Below are positions 54,965-64,000 of a DNA stretch of 64,000 nt, in pieces; the stretch's first letter is position 1, and every line of letters begins with the position of its first letter. The stretch is from a virus: positions 11,508 through 75,507 of the IMG/VR virus record IMGVR_UViG_3300046724_000152, one strand, 5' to 3'. The notes under the pieces were generated by a model that had not been told where the DNA came from, did no database searches, and saw only the letters and a list, made by a program, of their open reading frames with translations. The position numbers and the translations under genes are program-made.

Positions 54965-57805
54965 ATGACGATTCCAATCGAACAGATGGCAGTGAAGTGG
55001 TCTGGTCGTCCGACGCTCCTTACGCCTAGGACGTTGAATAACACCATCAGCGATATGTCCTTCAACGTGAAGGACTTCGGCGCAAAGGGCGATACGACAA
55101 ATTTTCTAGATGGGACCGATGACACCGCTGCTATTCAGTTGGCGGTCAATGCTGCCGGTAATACCGGTACAGCATCCGCAGCCGGTGCAGAGGTGTACTT
55201 CCCTGCTGGGATGTATAAGGTATCGGGACCGATCAACTTTATAAAAGGGGCACAAGTCTGTCTCCGTGGCATGCCTCTTCTGGGTACTGCTATCGGTGGC
55301 TTTTTCCCCGACTACATCATTAACAATCCGCTGACGGGAAATACTGGCCTTGACGGCAATGGCTCAACCTTCGTCTCAGGAGCTGGACTTGGTTCGATCT
55401 CGAATATCAGTTTTTCAAACGCTTACATCAACTATCTAACGAGCTGCACTTATACGAGCCCATCCGGCACCGCGTCATGCTTGACTGCCACCTGTACCGG
55501 GACGACGCTGACGCTTCACGACCACCCCGGGTCATGCACGAATGCTACCATTGCGGACGTAGGGACCTCTCCGGTAGTCCATACACTAACTCTTACTGGT
55601 GGCGTCATCACAGGCTCGTTTGTTGTTGGGCAGTTAGTCACAGGAGTTGGTGTTACAGCAGGTAGCATCATTACTGGTGTTCTTTCTGGTAGCGGAGGCG
55701 CGGGATCGACTTACTCACTAAGTGCGGCATCCACTGTCTCCGGCATTACCGTTAATACAACCGGCATCATCGGCACCTTCGGCATTGGCCAGAGGGTGGT
55801 TGGAACCGGTTTTCAACCCAACACGATCATCTGCGTGGTTCTTTCCGGTTCTGGCGGTGCCAACTCGACCTACCAGATCAATCTGGGTGCCACCGTCTCG
55901 GTCGAGACGCCGATCTCGTCCATAGAAAGTGGTGTGGTTACGTTCGGAATTACGAACTCGCCATACGTTGGACACACCATCCAGATTGGCGACTACTTCC
56001 ACGTCTTTGGCACCTATCCCAGACCGTACAACAGTCGCTATGTTGCCTGCACCGGAACAACAGGAACCACCCTCGTCGGCGGCGGTGGCATTGTCTCAAG
56101 CAATAACTTTGCCGGTGGCGATCCTGGAACGGTCACTATGCTTGGCTGCGTTGGAGGAGGCTGCGTAAGAACGGATTATTGTGTTCATACCTTTATCGAG
56201 AAATGCAATTTCAGTGGCGTTAATGGCCTGCATGCCGGAGGCGGTACCGGCTACGGTATTATCGGCAACGGTGCCTACAACTGCTTTGGTCTTTCGGTCC
56301 GGGACACCGGATTCACCTCGGGTTTCTCGAATGGAGAGTACGGAACAGTTGGGGCATTCTGCGGCGAGGCTGATTTCTACAATTGCTCAGTGTTCAGCTA
56401 TGACAAAGGCATTGTCCAAAGCGGCAACGGCTTTGGATTTTCTTACGGTCAGATCGAGACCGACAACTGTGGCATCGTTCTAGGATTGGACGATCAGCTA
56501 TTCCCGGCGACTGCCGGTGCTTCGGTCATCATGGCCAATCATACCGAAGATGTTGACATCGCCGTCGACATTGTCGGATGCAACAATCTGCTCATGGTGT
56601 CCAACCAGTGGGCATCAAATTGCGCTGGTAGAGGAGGTCACGTCCCCTTCTATATTAATGGCACCACCACCTCCGGCAGCGCTACAATCACCGCTATTCC
56701 TACAATCGTTATAACCGGTGACACAACGATACACTCACCGCGAATTACCAATCTCTCCGCCTCGGTGAGTGGTTATGAGGGAATGGCAATTTCGGGAGCT
56801 GGCATTCCAGCGGGTTCGGAAATTCTTACATCAGATGCTGGTGGAACTGGTTTGACGTTCATCAACACGGCGGGAGGAACCGGCAATTCATGGAATGGCG
56901 ATCCGCTTGGTGCGAGCGCTACGGGTAGCGGCATTACCATCACGCTTACTGTTAATGCCGGTATGAGAGTGGATCCTTTTTCCAAACAGAGTGGATCCAT
57001 CCCAGGCGCTACTGCTATTATAAGTACGACCACACCATCTGCCGGTGTTTACACCGCTTTGATGACCAATGCTGCCACGGCTTCAAATACAATCTCCATT
57101 GGTTATTTTACGGGTTGTACTTACACCGTTAGAGTAGGTGGCCTACAAAGCGGCGAATTCATCGGTAACAGTATAGGCGGTCCTAATAGGTATGCCGCTG
57201 TCGGCATCGGTCACTCGAACTGTAGCTATACCTGTTTCATCGGAAATCAGGCGTCTTCCAATGGCGGCAGCGGTGTCGATTGGGAGGTGGTGACGTATCC
57301 AAACTCCCAGTCGGCGGCGGGAATAACCTATATCGGTAATAACAACCCGGATATGTCGTTTGATTTTCAGTCCCTCCCCGGTCAGCCAGGGCAGACGCTG
57401 GGCCACGCTGACATGCAAGGAGACATGGAATTTTCCATTAGAGACTCCTCCAACACATCTACGATGCTGGCAATCACTGGACCTAGTGGCGTTACGCCGA
57501 CCGTTGGTTCGCATCGTAGAATACGATCAACGCCGAGACTTGCTTGTACCATCACTCGTTCCGGCAGCACTGCTACAGTGACAACTGCGGTTGCTCATGG
57601 GTTAACTGGAAATCAGGTTTTGACTATCACTGGGGCGCTTAATGACGACTATGGTAGCGTCAGTCGTCACTATAATGGATCCTATGTCTGCGATTGTACC
57701 GTTGCAGTCAATCAATTCAGCTATACCTGCTCGGTATCACCAACACCGCCACCAACGCCAGCGACCGGCAACATTACCTACGCCTATTGGATAGTGGTGG
57801 GATAA
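54965..57805 (+). CDS. Tailspike with pectate-lyase-like beta-helix
   Basis: FNVKDFGAKGD...DDTAAIQ.AVNAA...VYFPAGMYKV; G/T/S-rich inserted domains. Confidence 0.8.
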   Translation: MTIPIEQMAVKWSGRPTLLTPRTLNNTISDMSFNVKDFGAKGDTTNFLDGTDDTAAIQLAVNAAGNTGTASAAGAEVYFPAGMYKVSGPINFIKGAQVCLRGMPLLGTAIGGFFPDYIINNPLTGNTGLDGNGSTFVSGAGLGSISNISFSNAYINYLTSCTYTSPSGTASCLTATCTGTTLTLHDHPGSCTNATIADVGTSPVVHTLTLTGGVITGSFVVGQLVTGVGVTAGSIITGVLSGSGGAGSTYSLSAASTVSGITVNTTGIIGTFGIGQRVVGTGFQPNTIICVVLSGSGGANSTYQINLGATVSVETPISSIESGVVTFGITNSPYVGHTIQIGDYFHVFGTYPRPYNSRYVACTGTTGTTLVGGGGIVSSNNFAGGDPGTVTMLGCVGGGCVRTDYCVHTFIEKCNFSGVNGLHAGGGTGYGIIGNGAYNCFGLSVRDTGFTSGFSNGEYGTVGAFCGEADFYNCSVFSYDKGIVQSGNGFGFSYGQIETDNCGIVLGLDDQLFPATAGASVIMANHTEDVDIAVDIVGCNNLLMVSNQWASNCAGRGGHVPFYINGTTTSGSATITAIPTIVITGDTTIHSPRITNLSASVSGYEGMAISGAGIPAGSEILTSDAGGTGLTFINTAGGTGNSWNGDPLGASATGSGITITLTVNAGMRVDPFSKQSGSIPGATAIISTTTPSAGVYTALMTNAATASNTISIGYFTGCTYTVRVGGLQSGEFIGNSIGGPNRYAAVGIGHSNCSYTCFIGNQASSNGGSGVDWEVVTYPNSQSAAGITYIGNNNPDMSFDFQSLPGQPGQTLGHADMQGDMEFSIRDSSNTSTMLAITGPSGVTPTVGSHRRIRSTPRLACTITRSGSTATVTTAVAHGLTGNQVLTITGALNDDYGSVSRHYNGSYVCDCTVAVNQFSYTCSVSPTPPPTPATGNITYAYWIVVG

Positions 57806-58234
57806 ATGGCAGCTCGCCTTATCGATGAGAATGGAGTTGTCGATTTCATCGATCAGAACGGCGTGATGTGCTTTCTCGATGAGAGCGGCAACTACACATG
57901 CGATCCTGGCGGCGGGGGAGGCGGTGTAACTGGCAGCGACCTCAACATCGGTGTCCCTCTGTACGAGGATAATGTCATAAGAGTCAGGCGGGTAACTCGT
58001 GGGTACTAGGACTATGACTCATGAAAAGCCTTTCCATCGTTGCTGGGATCATAGACCGTGGAGGCGGTCTTCGAATCGTATTTGACGATCCTCGTGGGAT
58101 CCAAGGCCATGTTGGTGACGGCGAAAGACTGATCATCGTTCCTGGACTAGAGGTTGACGAGGACCACACCGGCTGGGACGACCAGTTATCTCTCGTAGAT
58201 AAGGTGATACGCTATATCAGGGACTTAAAATGAT

Positions 58235-59233
58235 ATGGCAAAAGTCTTCCTTGTCAACGGAGCTTCCACTCCCTGGTCCACTCCGAGGGATATGATCGTC
58301 AACACCAACTTCATCGTTGAGTTGGTCGGTTGCGGCGGTACCGGTGGAGTAGGCGCAACCGGCGTCGGATCTACTGCTGGAGGCGGTGGTGGTAGCGGTG
58401 CCTACGGTAAGTTCACCTATTCATCCGGCACCGTAACTCCAGGCACCACGACCTTTGCCTTCGTGGTTCCCGCCGGGGGCGGGGCTGCTTTAACCGTCTG
58501 GCAAACCTCCACCAACGGGCAGACCGCTGGAAATGGCGGTAACGCCACAACCACAGCCGGTACCGCTGGTACACTGGCGGCCAATGTTGGCGCTCCCACG
58601 ATTGTCTATACCGGCACCACTCTTAGGGCTGGCGCTGCCGGTGGTACCGGTGGCGGCTCAGCGACTCTCGGTGGCGGTGGTGGTGGCGGAGCTTCAGGCC
58701 CAGCAGCAGTAGGCGGCGCTGGAGGTACATCAACCGGGGCCGGTGGTAGCGGCGGTGGAGGCGGTAACGCCACCAATGCCGGTGGCAATGCCACAGCGAC
58801 GGCTGGCGCTGGTGGCAACGGGTCATCCGGTACCGGCGGCAACACCTCAGGTACTCCAATCGGAACCGCCGGGACAGGAAACTCCGGCGGCGGTGGCGTT
58901 AGTGGAGCAGCCTCCAACACCACTGGAGGTCGCGGTGGCAGCGGTACTGACTTCGATGGTGCCCACGGCCTCGGCGGTGGCGGCGGCGGCAGCGCCGGTC
59001 AAACTGCAAATAGTGCGACAACCAACACAGGAGGCGCTGGCGGCAATTATGGCGGTGGTGGGGGTGGTGCTGGCTGTGCCCGTAGCACCTCGGGTGTCGT
59101 TACCGGTGGTGCTGGTGGTGGCGCACTGATCGTTATCAGCTACGACACAATCTGGCGGATGCTCGACGTAGGCGATCAAACCGAAGCTCGTATTGTTGCC
59201 GAGGCGCGACGGGTTCTGGTGAGAAGTTATTGA
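58235..59233 (+). CDS. Glycine-rich fibre protein
   Basis: VELVGCGG.GG...GGGGGSGAY; poly-Gly repeats. Confidence 0.75.
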   Translation: MAKVFLVNGASTPWSTPRDMIVNTNFIVELVGCGGTGGVGATGVGSTAGGGGGSGAYGKFTYSSGTVTPGTTTFAFVVPAGGGAALTVWQTSTNGQTAGNGGNATTTAGTAGTLAANVGAPTIVYTGTTLRAGAAGGTGGGSATLGGGGGGGASGPAAVGGAGGTSTGAGGSGGGGGNATNAGGNATATAGAGGNGSSGTGGNTSGTPIGTAGTGNSGGGGVSGAASNTTGGRGGSGTDFDGAHGLGGGGGGSAGQTANSATTNTGGAGGNYGGGGGGAGCARSTSGVVTGGAGGGALIVISYDTIWRMLDVGDQTEARIVAEARRVLVRSY

Positions 59234-59234
59234 G

Positions 59235-61652
59235 ATGGCCTATAATTTCCAATATCAAGCCAAGACAGAGCCGGTTCTCTTAATCATTGCTTCGATGGCG
59301 ACGTGGTTCATGCCCCTGGCAGAACCGGTCCGCGATCAAGCGTTTGAAGTTGCCTCTGACATTTCTACATTCATTGTTCCTGTAACTGCTCCTGCTGCTG
59401 ATGTTTCAGTATCGAGTTGGAACCAACCTCTATCCGAACCGGTACGGCTCAAATCCGGTATTGCGGTTCAACAGAGCAATCAGTCTCCTACTGTATTTGT
59501 TGTTACGCCTCCGGTCTCTCTCGATTGGTATTTACCGCTTGTCGATCCAGTTAAGGAACAATCGTATAAGGTCTCGTCCAACGTCAGGACCTTTAGTGTC
59601 CCGTTCTATCCATTCCCGGACAAGTGGTTCATACCGCTATCCGAGCCGGTAAGACCTAAGCTTGCCAGACAGCAGCAGGATCTGGCTTACGGATATCTTG
59701 CTCCGTCCTCACAAGTCATTCCTATCGACTGGTCACAAGCACTCTACCAGCCGAGGCTGGAAGGGTTCGATGTTGTCAGCGACATCTCAACATTTGTAGT
59801 CCCGACTACTGCGGCTCCTACTGACACCAAGTGGATCTATCCTTGGTCTGAACCAGTCAGGCAAAAACCTGGACTTGGTGTTCAGCATCAGCAAGCGGCA
59901 TGGCTGGTTAAGGCCGCTCCATTCCCGGAGACCGTCACCGAGGATCGCTGGCATCAGCCGTGGTCTACGCCGACGCTTCGTAAACCATCAACTCCTCAGC
60001 AGGATCTCGCTTATGTAAAAGCACCGACCGAGATAATCACTCAGGATAAATGGTATCAGGCTTGGTCTACTCCGATATTCCGTAAGCCATCAACGACTCA
60101 GCAAACTCTTGCTTATGGGCCGGTTCCGATTGTCGCTGAGGATAAGTGGCATCAGCCGTGGTCGGTACCGACTCGGCGCAAGCCATCGACCACTCAGCAA
60201 GATCTGGCCTACGGCTATCTAGCTCCGACTGCACCTGTAACAGTCACGCCCATCGATTGGGCTCAAGAACTTTACCAGCCCCGACCTGAAGGCTTCGATG
60301 TCGTAAGCGATACTTCGGTATTTATCGTACCGACCACCGCTGCCGTTACCGACATCAAATGGCAACCGGTCTGGCCGGATCGAATCTCAGGTAAGACCTT
60401 CCAGGCGCATCAGCAGCAGTCGTTTACCGGTCCAATAGCACCTCCGGCTGTTACCCCAATTGACTGGGCACAGCAGCTTTTCCAGCCACGTCTGGAGAGC
60501 TTCGATGTCGTCAGCGATACCGCTGTTTTCATCGCTATATCGGCTGCGGCTCCAGCCGCTGCTGACATTAAGTGGCAGACTCGTTGGCCCGATAGGCTTT
60601 ATGCCAAGACTCTACCGACTGCGGCCTATCAAGTCAGCACTTACATCCCAGTCAAGACGCTGTTCCCATTCAGTGTCACTGCCCAAGGCCCTGTCTTTAC
60701 TCAGGTTACGCAGTATCAATCCAGGTCGTCTTTCGTTCCTATCGTTGCTCCGCCGCCTCCAGTCGTGCCCATCGACTGGTCGCAGGAACTCTACCAGCCG
60801 CTGCCGCAGAGCTACGATGTCGTCAGCGACACCTCCGTATTCGTTGCCATAGCCAATCCGCCGACTCCAGACCCCGGTGACATCAAGTGGCAATCGAGGT
60901 GGCCGGATCGGCTCTACTCCAAGTCGCTGCCGGTTTCGGCCTATCAAGTCTCGACCCACATCCCGGTCAAGACCTTCTATCCGTTCAGCGTAACGGCCCA
61001 AGGCCCGGTCTTTACTCAGATCACGCCATACCAGTCGGTGGCATTCCCGCCACCTATCGTTACGCCTCCGCCGGTCGTTACCGAGGATGAGTGGCACCAG
61101 CCGTGGTCGCTGCCTGTCCGCACCAAGCCGGGACTCAGAACCGGCGATCAGCCGTTCCTGGCTTACGGACATTTTACTCCGCCGATTTCTATCGGATGGC
61201 TGCCGCCATTATCTGAGCCTGCCAAGCCTAAGCGCAGTATTTTTACTGGATCTCAACAGGCGCTGGCCTACGGTTACTTCGTTCCACCGATCTCGATGGG
61301 CTGGCTGCCGCCGCTATCGGAGCCGTCGAAGCCTAAGACCAGCATCCGGACCTCAGCACAGCAGTTCCTGGCTGCGGTGCCATTCATTGAAGACAAGAAT
61401 ATCTATGCGAAGTGGGGCTTCCCATGGTCTGAGCCGGTGCGGGATCAGGCCTATGAGGTCTCCAGCAGCATCGTTGTCTACCCGTTTGAGTTTGTCCCGG
61501 CTCACGTCAACGTCACTCTGGCTGCTACGGAAACCAATGGCGACGTATTCTCCGGCCTGATCAAGACCTACGGTGTTCCGGTCCGGTGCCTTGTCTCGAT
61601 CAAGGAGATCCCGGTTCCAGCGCAGAACCTATCGTCCATTCATGAGACCTGA
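59235..61652 (+). CDS. Pro/Trp-rich repetitive virion-module protein
   Basis: Repeated W..P.SEPVR, PIDWxQxLYQP..FDVVSD, DIKWQ..WPDR and QQDLAY modules. Confidence 0.7.
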   Translation: MAYNFQYQAKTEPVLLIIASMATWFMPLAEPVRDQAFEVASDISTFIVPVTAPAADVSVSSWNQPLSEPVRLKSGIAVQQSNQSPTVFVVTPPVSLDWYLPLVDPVKEQSYKVSSNVRTFSVPFYPFPDKWFIPLSEPVRPKLARQQQDLAYGYLAPSSQVIPIDWSQALYQPRLEGFDVVSDISTFVVPTTAAPTDTKWIYPWSEPVRQKPGLGVQHQQAAWLVKAAPFPETVTEDRWHQPWSTPTLRKPSTPQQDLAYVKAPTEIITQDKWYQAWSTPIFRKPSTTQQTLAYGPVPIVAEDKWHQPWSVPTRRKPSTTQQDLAYGYLAPTAPVTVTPIDWAQELYQPRPEGFDVVSDTSVFIVPTTAAVTDIKWQPVWPDRISGKTFQAHQQQSFTGPIAPPAVTPIDWAQQLFQPRLESFDVVSDTAVFIAISAAAPAAADIKWQTRWPDRLYAKTLPTAAYQVSTYIPVKTLFPFSVTAQGPVFTQVTQYQSRSSFVPIVAPPPPVVPIDWSQELYQPLPQSYDVVSDTSVFVAIANPPTPDPGDIKWQSRWPDRLYSKSLPVSAYQVSTHIPVKTFYPFSVTAQGPVFTQITPYQSVAFPPPIVTPPPVVTEDEWHQPWSLPVRTKPGLRTGDQPFLAYGHFTPPISIGWLPPLSEPAKPKRSIFTGSQQALAYGYFVPPISMGWLPPLSEPSKPKTSIRTSAQQFLAAVPFIEDKNIYAKWGFPWSEPVRDQAYEVSSSIVVYPFEFVPAHVNVTLAATETNGDVFSGLIKTYGVPVRCLVSIKEIPVPAQNLSSIHET

Positions 61653-61661
61653 GGAAGCACC

Positions 61662-62441
61662 ATGCCCGGAAATGACGGTTTTGCAAGGCTGTTGATGCAC
61701 TTCGATGGAGCGAACGGATCTACAAGTTTTACCGATAGCACTAGCGCCAACACTAATAAGGGTGCTGCTACGGTTATTGCTCCAGCACAAGTATCAACCG
61801 CACAGAGCGTATTTGGTGGAGCATCCGCATTGTTTGACGGCGCTACTGCTGGTTTAACTTATCCAGACAACGCTGATTGGGAATTTGGTAGCGGAAACTT
61901 TACCATAGATTGTTGGATCAGACCTACCGCGTTTGGTACCGGAACAAATGGTGCAGCTATCGTCGTTCACAGTTCAGCGGATACCGTAAATGAATGGCGA
62001 TTATTTCTTTCTGATACAACCGGTAACGCTCAAACTTTGGCGTTTCATCAATTCGTTAATAACGGTGCTGGTGGTAGTAATTTTGTTGGTGGTCCGAATA
62101 GCGCAATTACACTTAATGTTTGGCAGCACGTTGCAATTGTTCGCAACGGTGATGTTCTGACGCTATATAGAGGTGGAATAAATATAAGTCAGTTAACACT
62201 TTCGGCTGGTTATTCGTTTCCTGATATCATAGGAACACTTGAAATTGGATCTATTATTACATCTACATGGTTTTATACAGGAAACATTGATGAGCTTCGT
62301 ATCAGCAAAGGTGTTGCTCGTTGGACTGCCAATTTCATTCCACCAACAGCGCCGTATAATGCTTACATTGGATTTGATAACGAAGACAACACTAAGGATT
62401 TTCCTGTTCTAAATATCAAACATAGAGTGGCGGAATATTAA
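61662..62441 (+). CDS. LamG/concanavalin-A-like domain protein
   Basis: LLMHFDGANGSTSFTD, FGGASALFDG, FTIDCW, WQHVAIVR, GNIDELRISKG. Confidence 0.85.
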   Translation: MPGNDGFARLLMHFDGANGSTSFTDSTSANTNKGAATVIAPAQVSTAQSVFGGASALFDGATAGLTYPDNADWEFGSGNFTIDCWIRPTAFGTGTNGAAIVVHSSADTVNEWRLFLSDTTGNAQTLAFHQFVNNGAGGSNFVGGPNSAITLNVWQHVAIVRNGDVLTLYRGGINISQLTLSAGYSFPDIIGTLEIGSIITSTWFYTGNIDELRISKGVARWTANFIPPTAPYNAYIGFDNEDNTKDFPVLNIKHRVAEY

Positions 62442-62777
62442 ATGCGCCACATCCCGCTCTTCCAGTATCAAGGAAAGACCGAGCCGCCGCCGTCTATACA
62501 GGCTCTGTTGTCTGTGACTCGTTTCGAAAGTGCTTGGCACCGGCCCTGGTCTGAGCCAATACGGCTAACCTTTAAGCGGTCGCTCAGGGCCTGTGAGCAG
62601 CCATATTTCTTTGCACCGTCTCGGTATCTGCCAACTCCGAACGTCACCGCGAGGATGTCTGCTGTGGATACAGACAACTACAACGACAAGATGTCAGCCT
62701 TCATCAATGTTTACGTTCCAAAGCCGGTGCCGGAGATATCTCTTTCTGGAGCCAATACATCGATAATCGAGGAATGA
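62442..62777 (+). CDS. Short paralogue of the Pro/Trp repeat protein
   Basis: FQYQGKTEP, WHRPWSEPIR and NVTA.MSA motifs shared with 59235-61652. Confidence 0.6.
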   Translation: MRHIPLFQYQGKTEPPPSIQALLSVTRFESAWHRPWSEPIRLTFKRSLRACEQPYFFAPSRYLPTPNVTARMSAVDTDNYNDKMSAFINVYVPKPVPEISLSGANTSIIEE

Positions 62778-62780
62778 ACG

Positions 62781-64000
62781 ATGATCATCCTCCCAGAAAA
62801 GGATCTCCCCAGGGGGAAGATTCTGATGCCGCAGAGGCGTTGCGAATGGCAGCAGAAGTCTCAGCGGTTCAACAAAATCAATCCAGATAATGTTACTCGC
62901 TTCAGACTGACGGCCTACTTGAACGATGGAGCCATTGCATGGCGCGGCTGGTTCGATGACCGGGAAGATGCCGATGAATTCCTGTTTGCCATGGCGACAG
63001 GAAGCCTGATCTATGAACACGAACTCTGGAGACTGCCGACGCCATTCTGGGAACCGCTTCCGGATGTAAGTTATGAGTTAACTGTCACTACTTTTCTGAC
63101 TACTACTTCCGCCTCTAATCAAACTGGGTTCGTTCCTGGAGACTGGAATAATTCTTTCAATTTTATCGAGGTAGTGGCTTCTGGCGGGGGTGGCGCGGGG
63201 GGTAGTTCCGCCAATATCCGGGGAGGAGGTGGCGGTGGTGCTGGCGGTTATTCTCTGGCAACGAATGTTACTTTAACTCCAGGAGCTAGTGTTACATTTC
63301 ATTTAGAGGCTGGCGGGACTGGTGGCCCAGGAGATACCAACGGCGGATCACCAGGAAACTGTTGGTATAACGGAGCAACCTTAGCTGCATCGTCAGTTGG
63401 ATCGATCAGTGGCACTGGCGGTCTGATCACCGGAACTGGTGGTGTTGGATCGACAACCGGATCGACTGGCTTTTCTTTTTTTGCTGGTGGTAACGGTGGA
63501 TTCACCGGAGGTTCATCGCCATCAAACGGTGGCGGAGGAGGAGGTGCTGCTGGTCCTGCTGGGGTCGGGAAAAACGGAGGTAGCAATCCAGGCAATCTAG
63601 GCGGTGGTGCTGGCGGCGGGGGTGGTGCCGATGGCGGCAGTTCTACGGCTGGTGTTGATAGCGCAGGCCTCCCTGTCAGTCCAGGAGGCAATGGCGGGAC
63701 AGGTCCAACTGGAACCGCTGGTGGCGCTGGCGGCGATATTTCCGGAACGGCTGCTCAAAACGGAGCGAATGGATCTGGCGGTGGCGGCGGCTCTTATACT
63801 AATACAGGAGGCCTTTCATCTCCGGGTGGTAACGGCGGTAACGGTACTGAGTGGGATTCTTCACATGGAAGCGGCGGTGGGGGTGGCGGTGGTGGTCTAG
63901 ATTTTTTTAGCGGTGTCCACGTTTATCCTGGTGGGGCTGGCGGTATTTACGGCGGAGGAGGAGGTGGTGGTGTTCGGCTTCCGCCTCTTTCGGCTGGCGG
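62781..64000 (+). CDS. Glycine-rich fibre protein, truncated by the window end (not in ORF track)
   Basis: Hand translation MIILPEKDLP...IEVVASGGGGAGG...; poly-Gly frame appears to run to 64000. Confidence 0.75.
   Translation, partial: MIILPEKDLPRGKILMPQRRCEWQQKSQRFNKINPDNVTRFRLTAYLNDGAIAWRGWFDDREDADEFLFAMATGSLIYEHELWRLPTPFWEPLPDVSYELTVTTFLTTTSASNQTGFVPGDWNNSFNFIEVVASGGGGAGGSSANIRGGGGGGAGGYSLATNVTLTPGASVTFHLEAGGTGGPGDTNGGSPGNCWYNGATLAASSVGSISGTGGLITGTGGVGSTTGSTGFSFFAGGNGGFTGGSSPSNGGGGGGAAGPAGVGKNGGSNPGNLGGGAGGGGGADGGSSTAGVDSAGLPVSPGGNGGTGPTGTAGGAGGDISGTAAQNGANGSGGGGGSYTNTGGLSSPGGNGGNGTEWDSSHGSGGGGGGGGLDFFSGVHVYPGGAGGIYGGGGGGGVRLPPLSAG

Noticed and set aside
58330-59125. GGC/GGT-rich DNA here and at 63180-64000 as a second GGY array
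   Set aside because: Period is 3 and encodes poly-Gly fibre proteins
1-64000. tRNA, rRNA, integrase, transposase, reverse transcriptase/DGR
   Set aside because: No recognisable motifs; tRNAscan-SE and HMM searches are needed to exclude divergent cases

Overview
This window is most of the genome of a tailed dsDNA phage with podovirus-like gene content. The host is probably alphaproteobacterial (inferred from GcrA and VPGP-type sorting tails). Layout: internal virion/ejection genes (1-6.3 kb, +); recombination/early genes (6.3-10.3 kb, -); Cro, GcrA, DnaA-C, RusA and replication genes (10.4-14.2 kb, +); a hypervariable block of small genes with an inverted lysis cassette (14.2-28.3 kb, mostly -); a non-coding strand-switch region (28.3-28.7 kb); a pseudaminic-acid-type nonulosonate biosynthesis cluster (31.2-40.7 kb, -); and packaging, head and fibre genes (40.9-64 kb, +). 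The most striking element is at 8501-9805 (-): a solitary Cas7/RAMP-like gene, then a GAAA-capped hairpin, then a ~630-nt non-coding array of phased GGY-NN pentamers punctuated into ~55-65-nt units. This is a candidate RNA-guided system in which the variable dinucleotides carry the specificity. Other candidates: virion or host-surface glycosylation with a nonulosonic acid (pathway plus a Maf/sialyltransferase-like gene among the structural genes), bulged GNA-loop DNA hairpins upstream of early genes, a -1 programmed frameshift in a head-region gene, and MTDIVERL-leader gene cassettes. No integrase, DNA polymerase, helicase, tRNA or canonical CRISPR array was recognised. All family assignments come from reading motifs by eye; no database searches were run.
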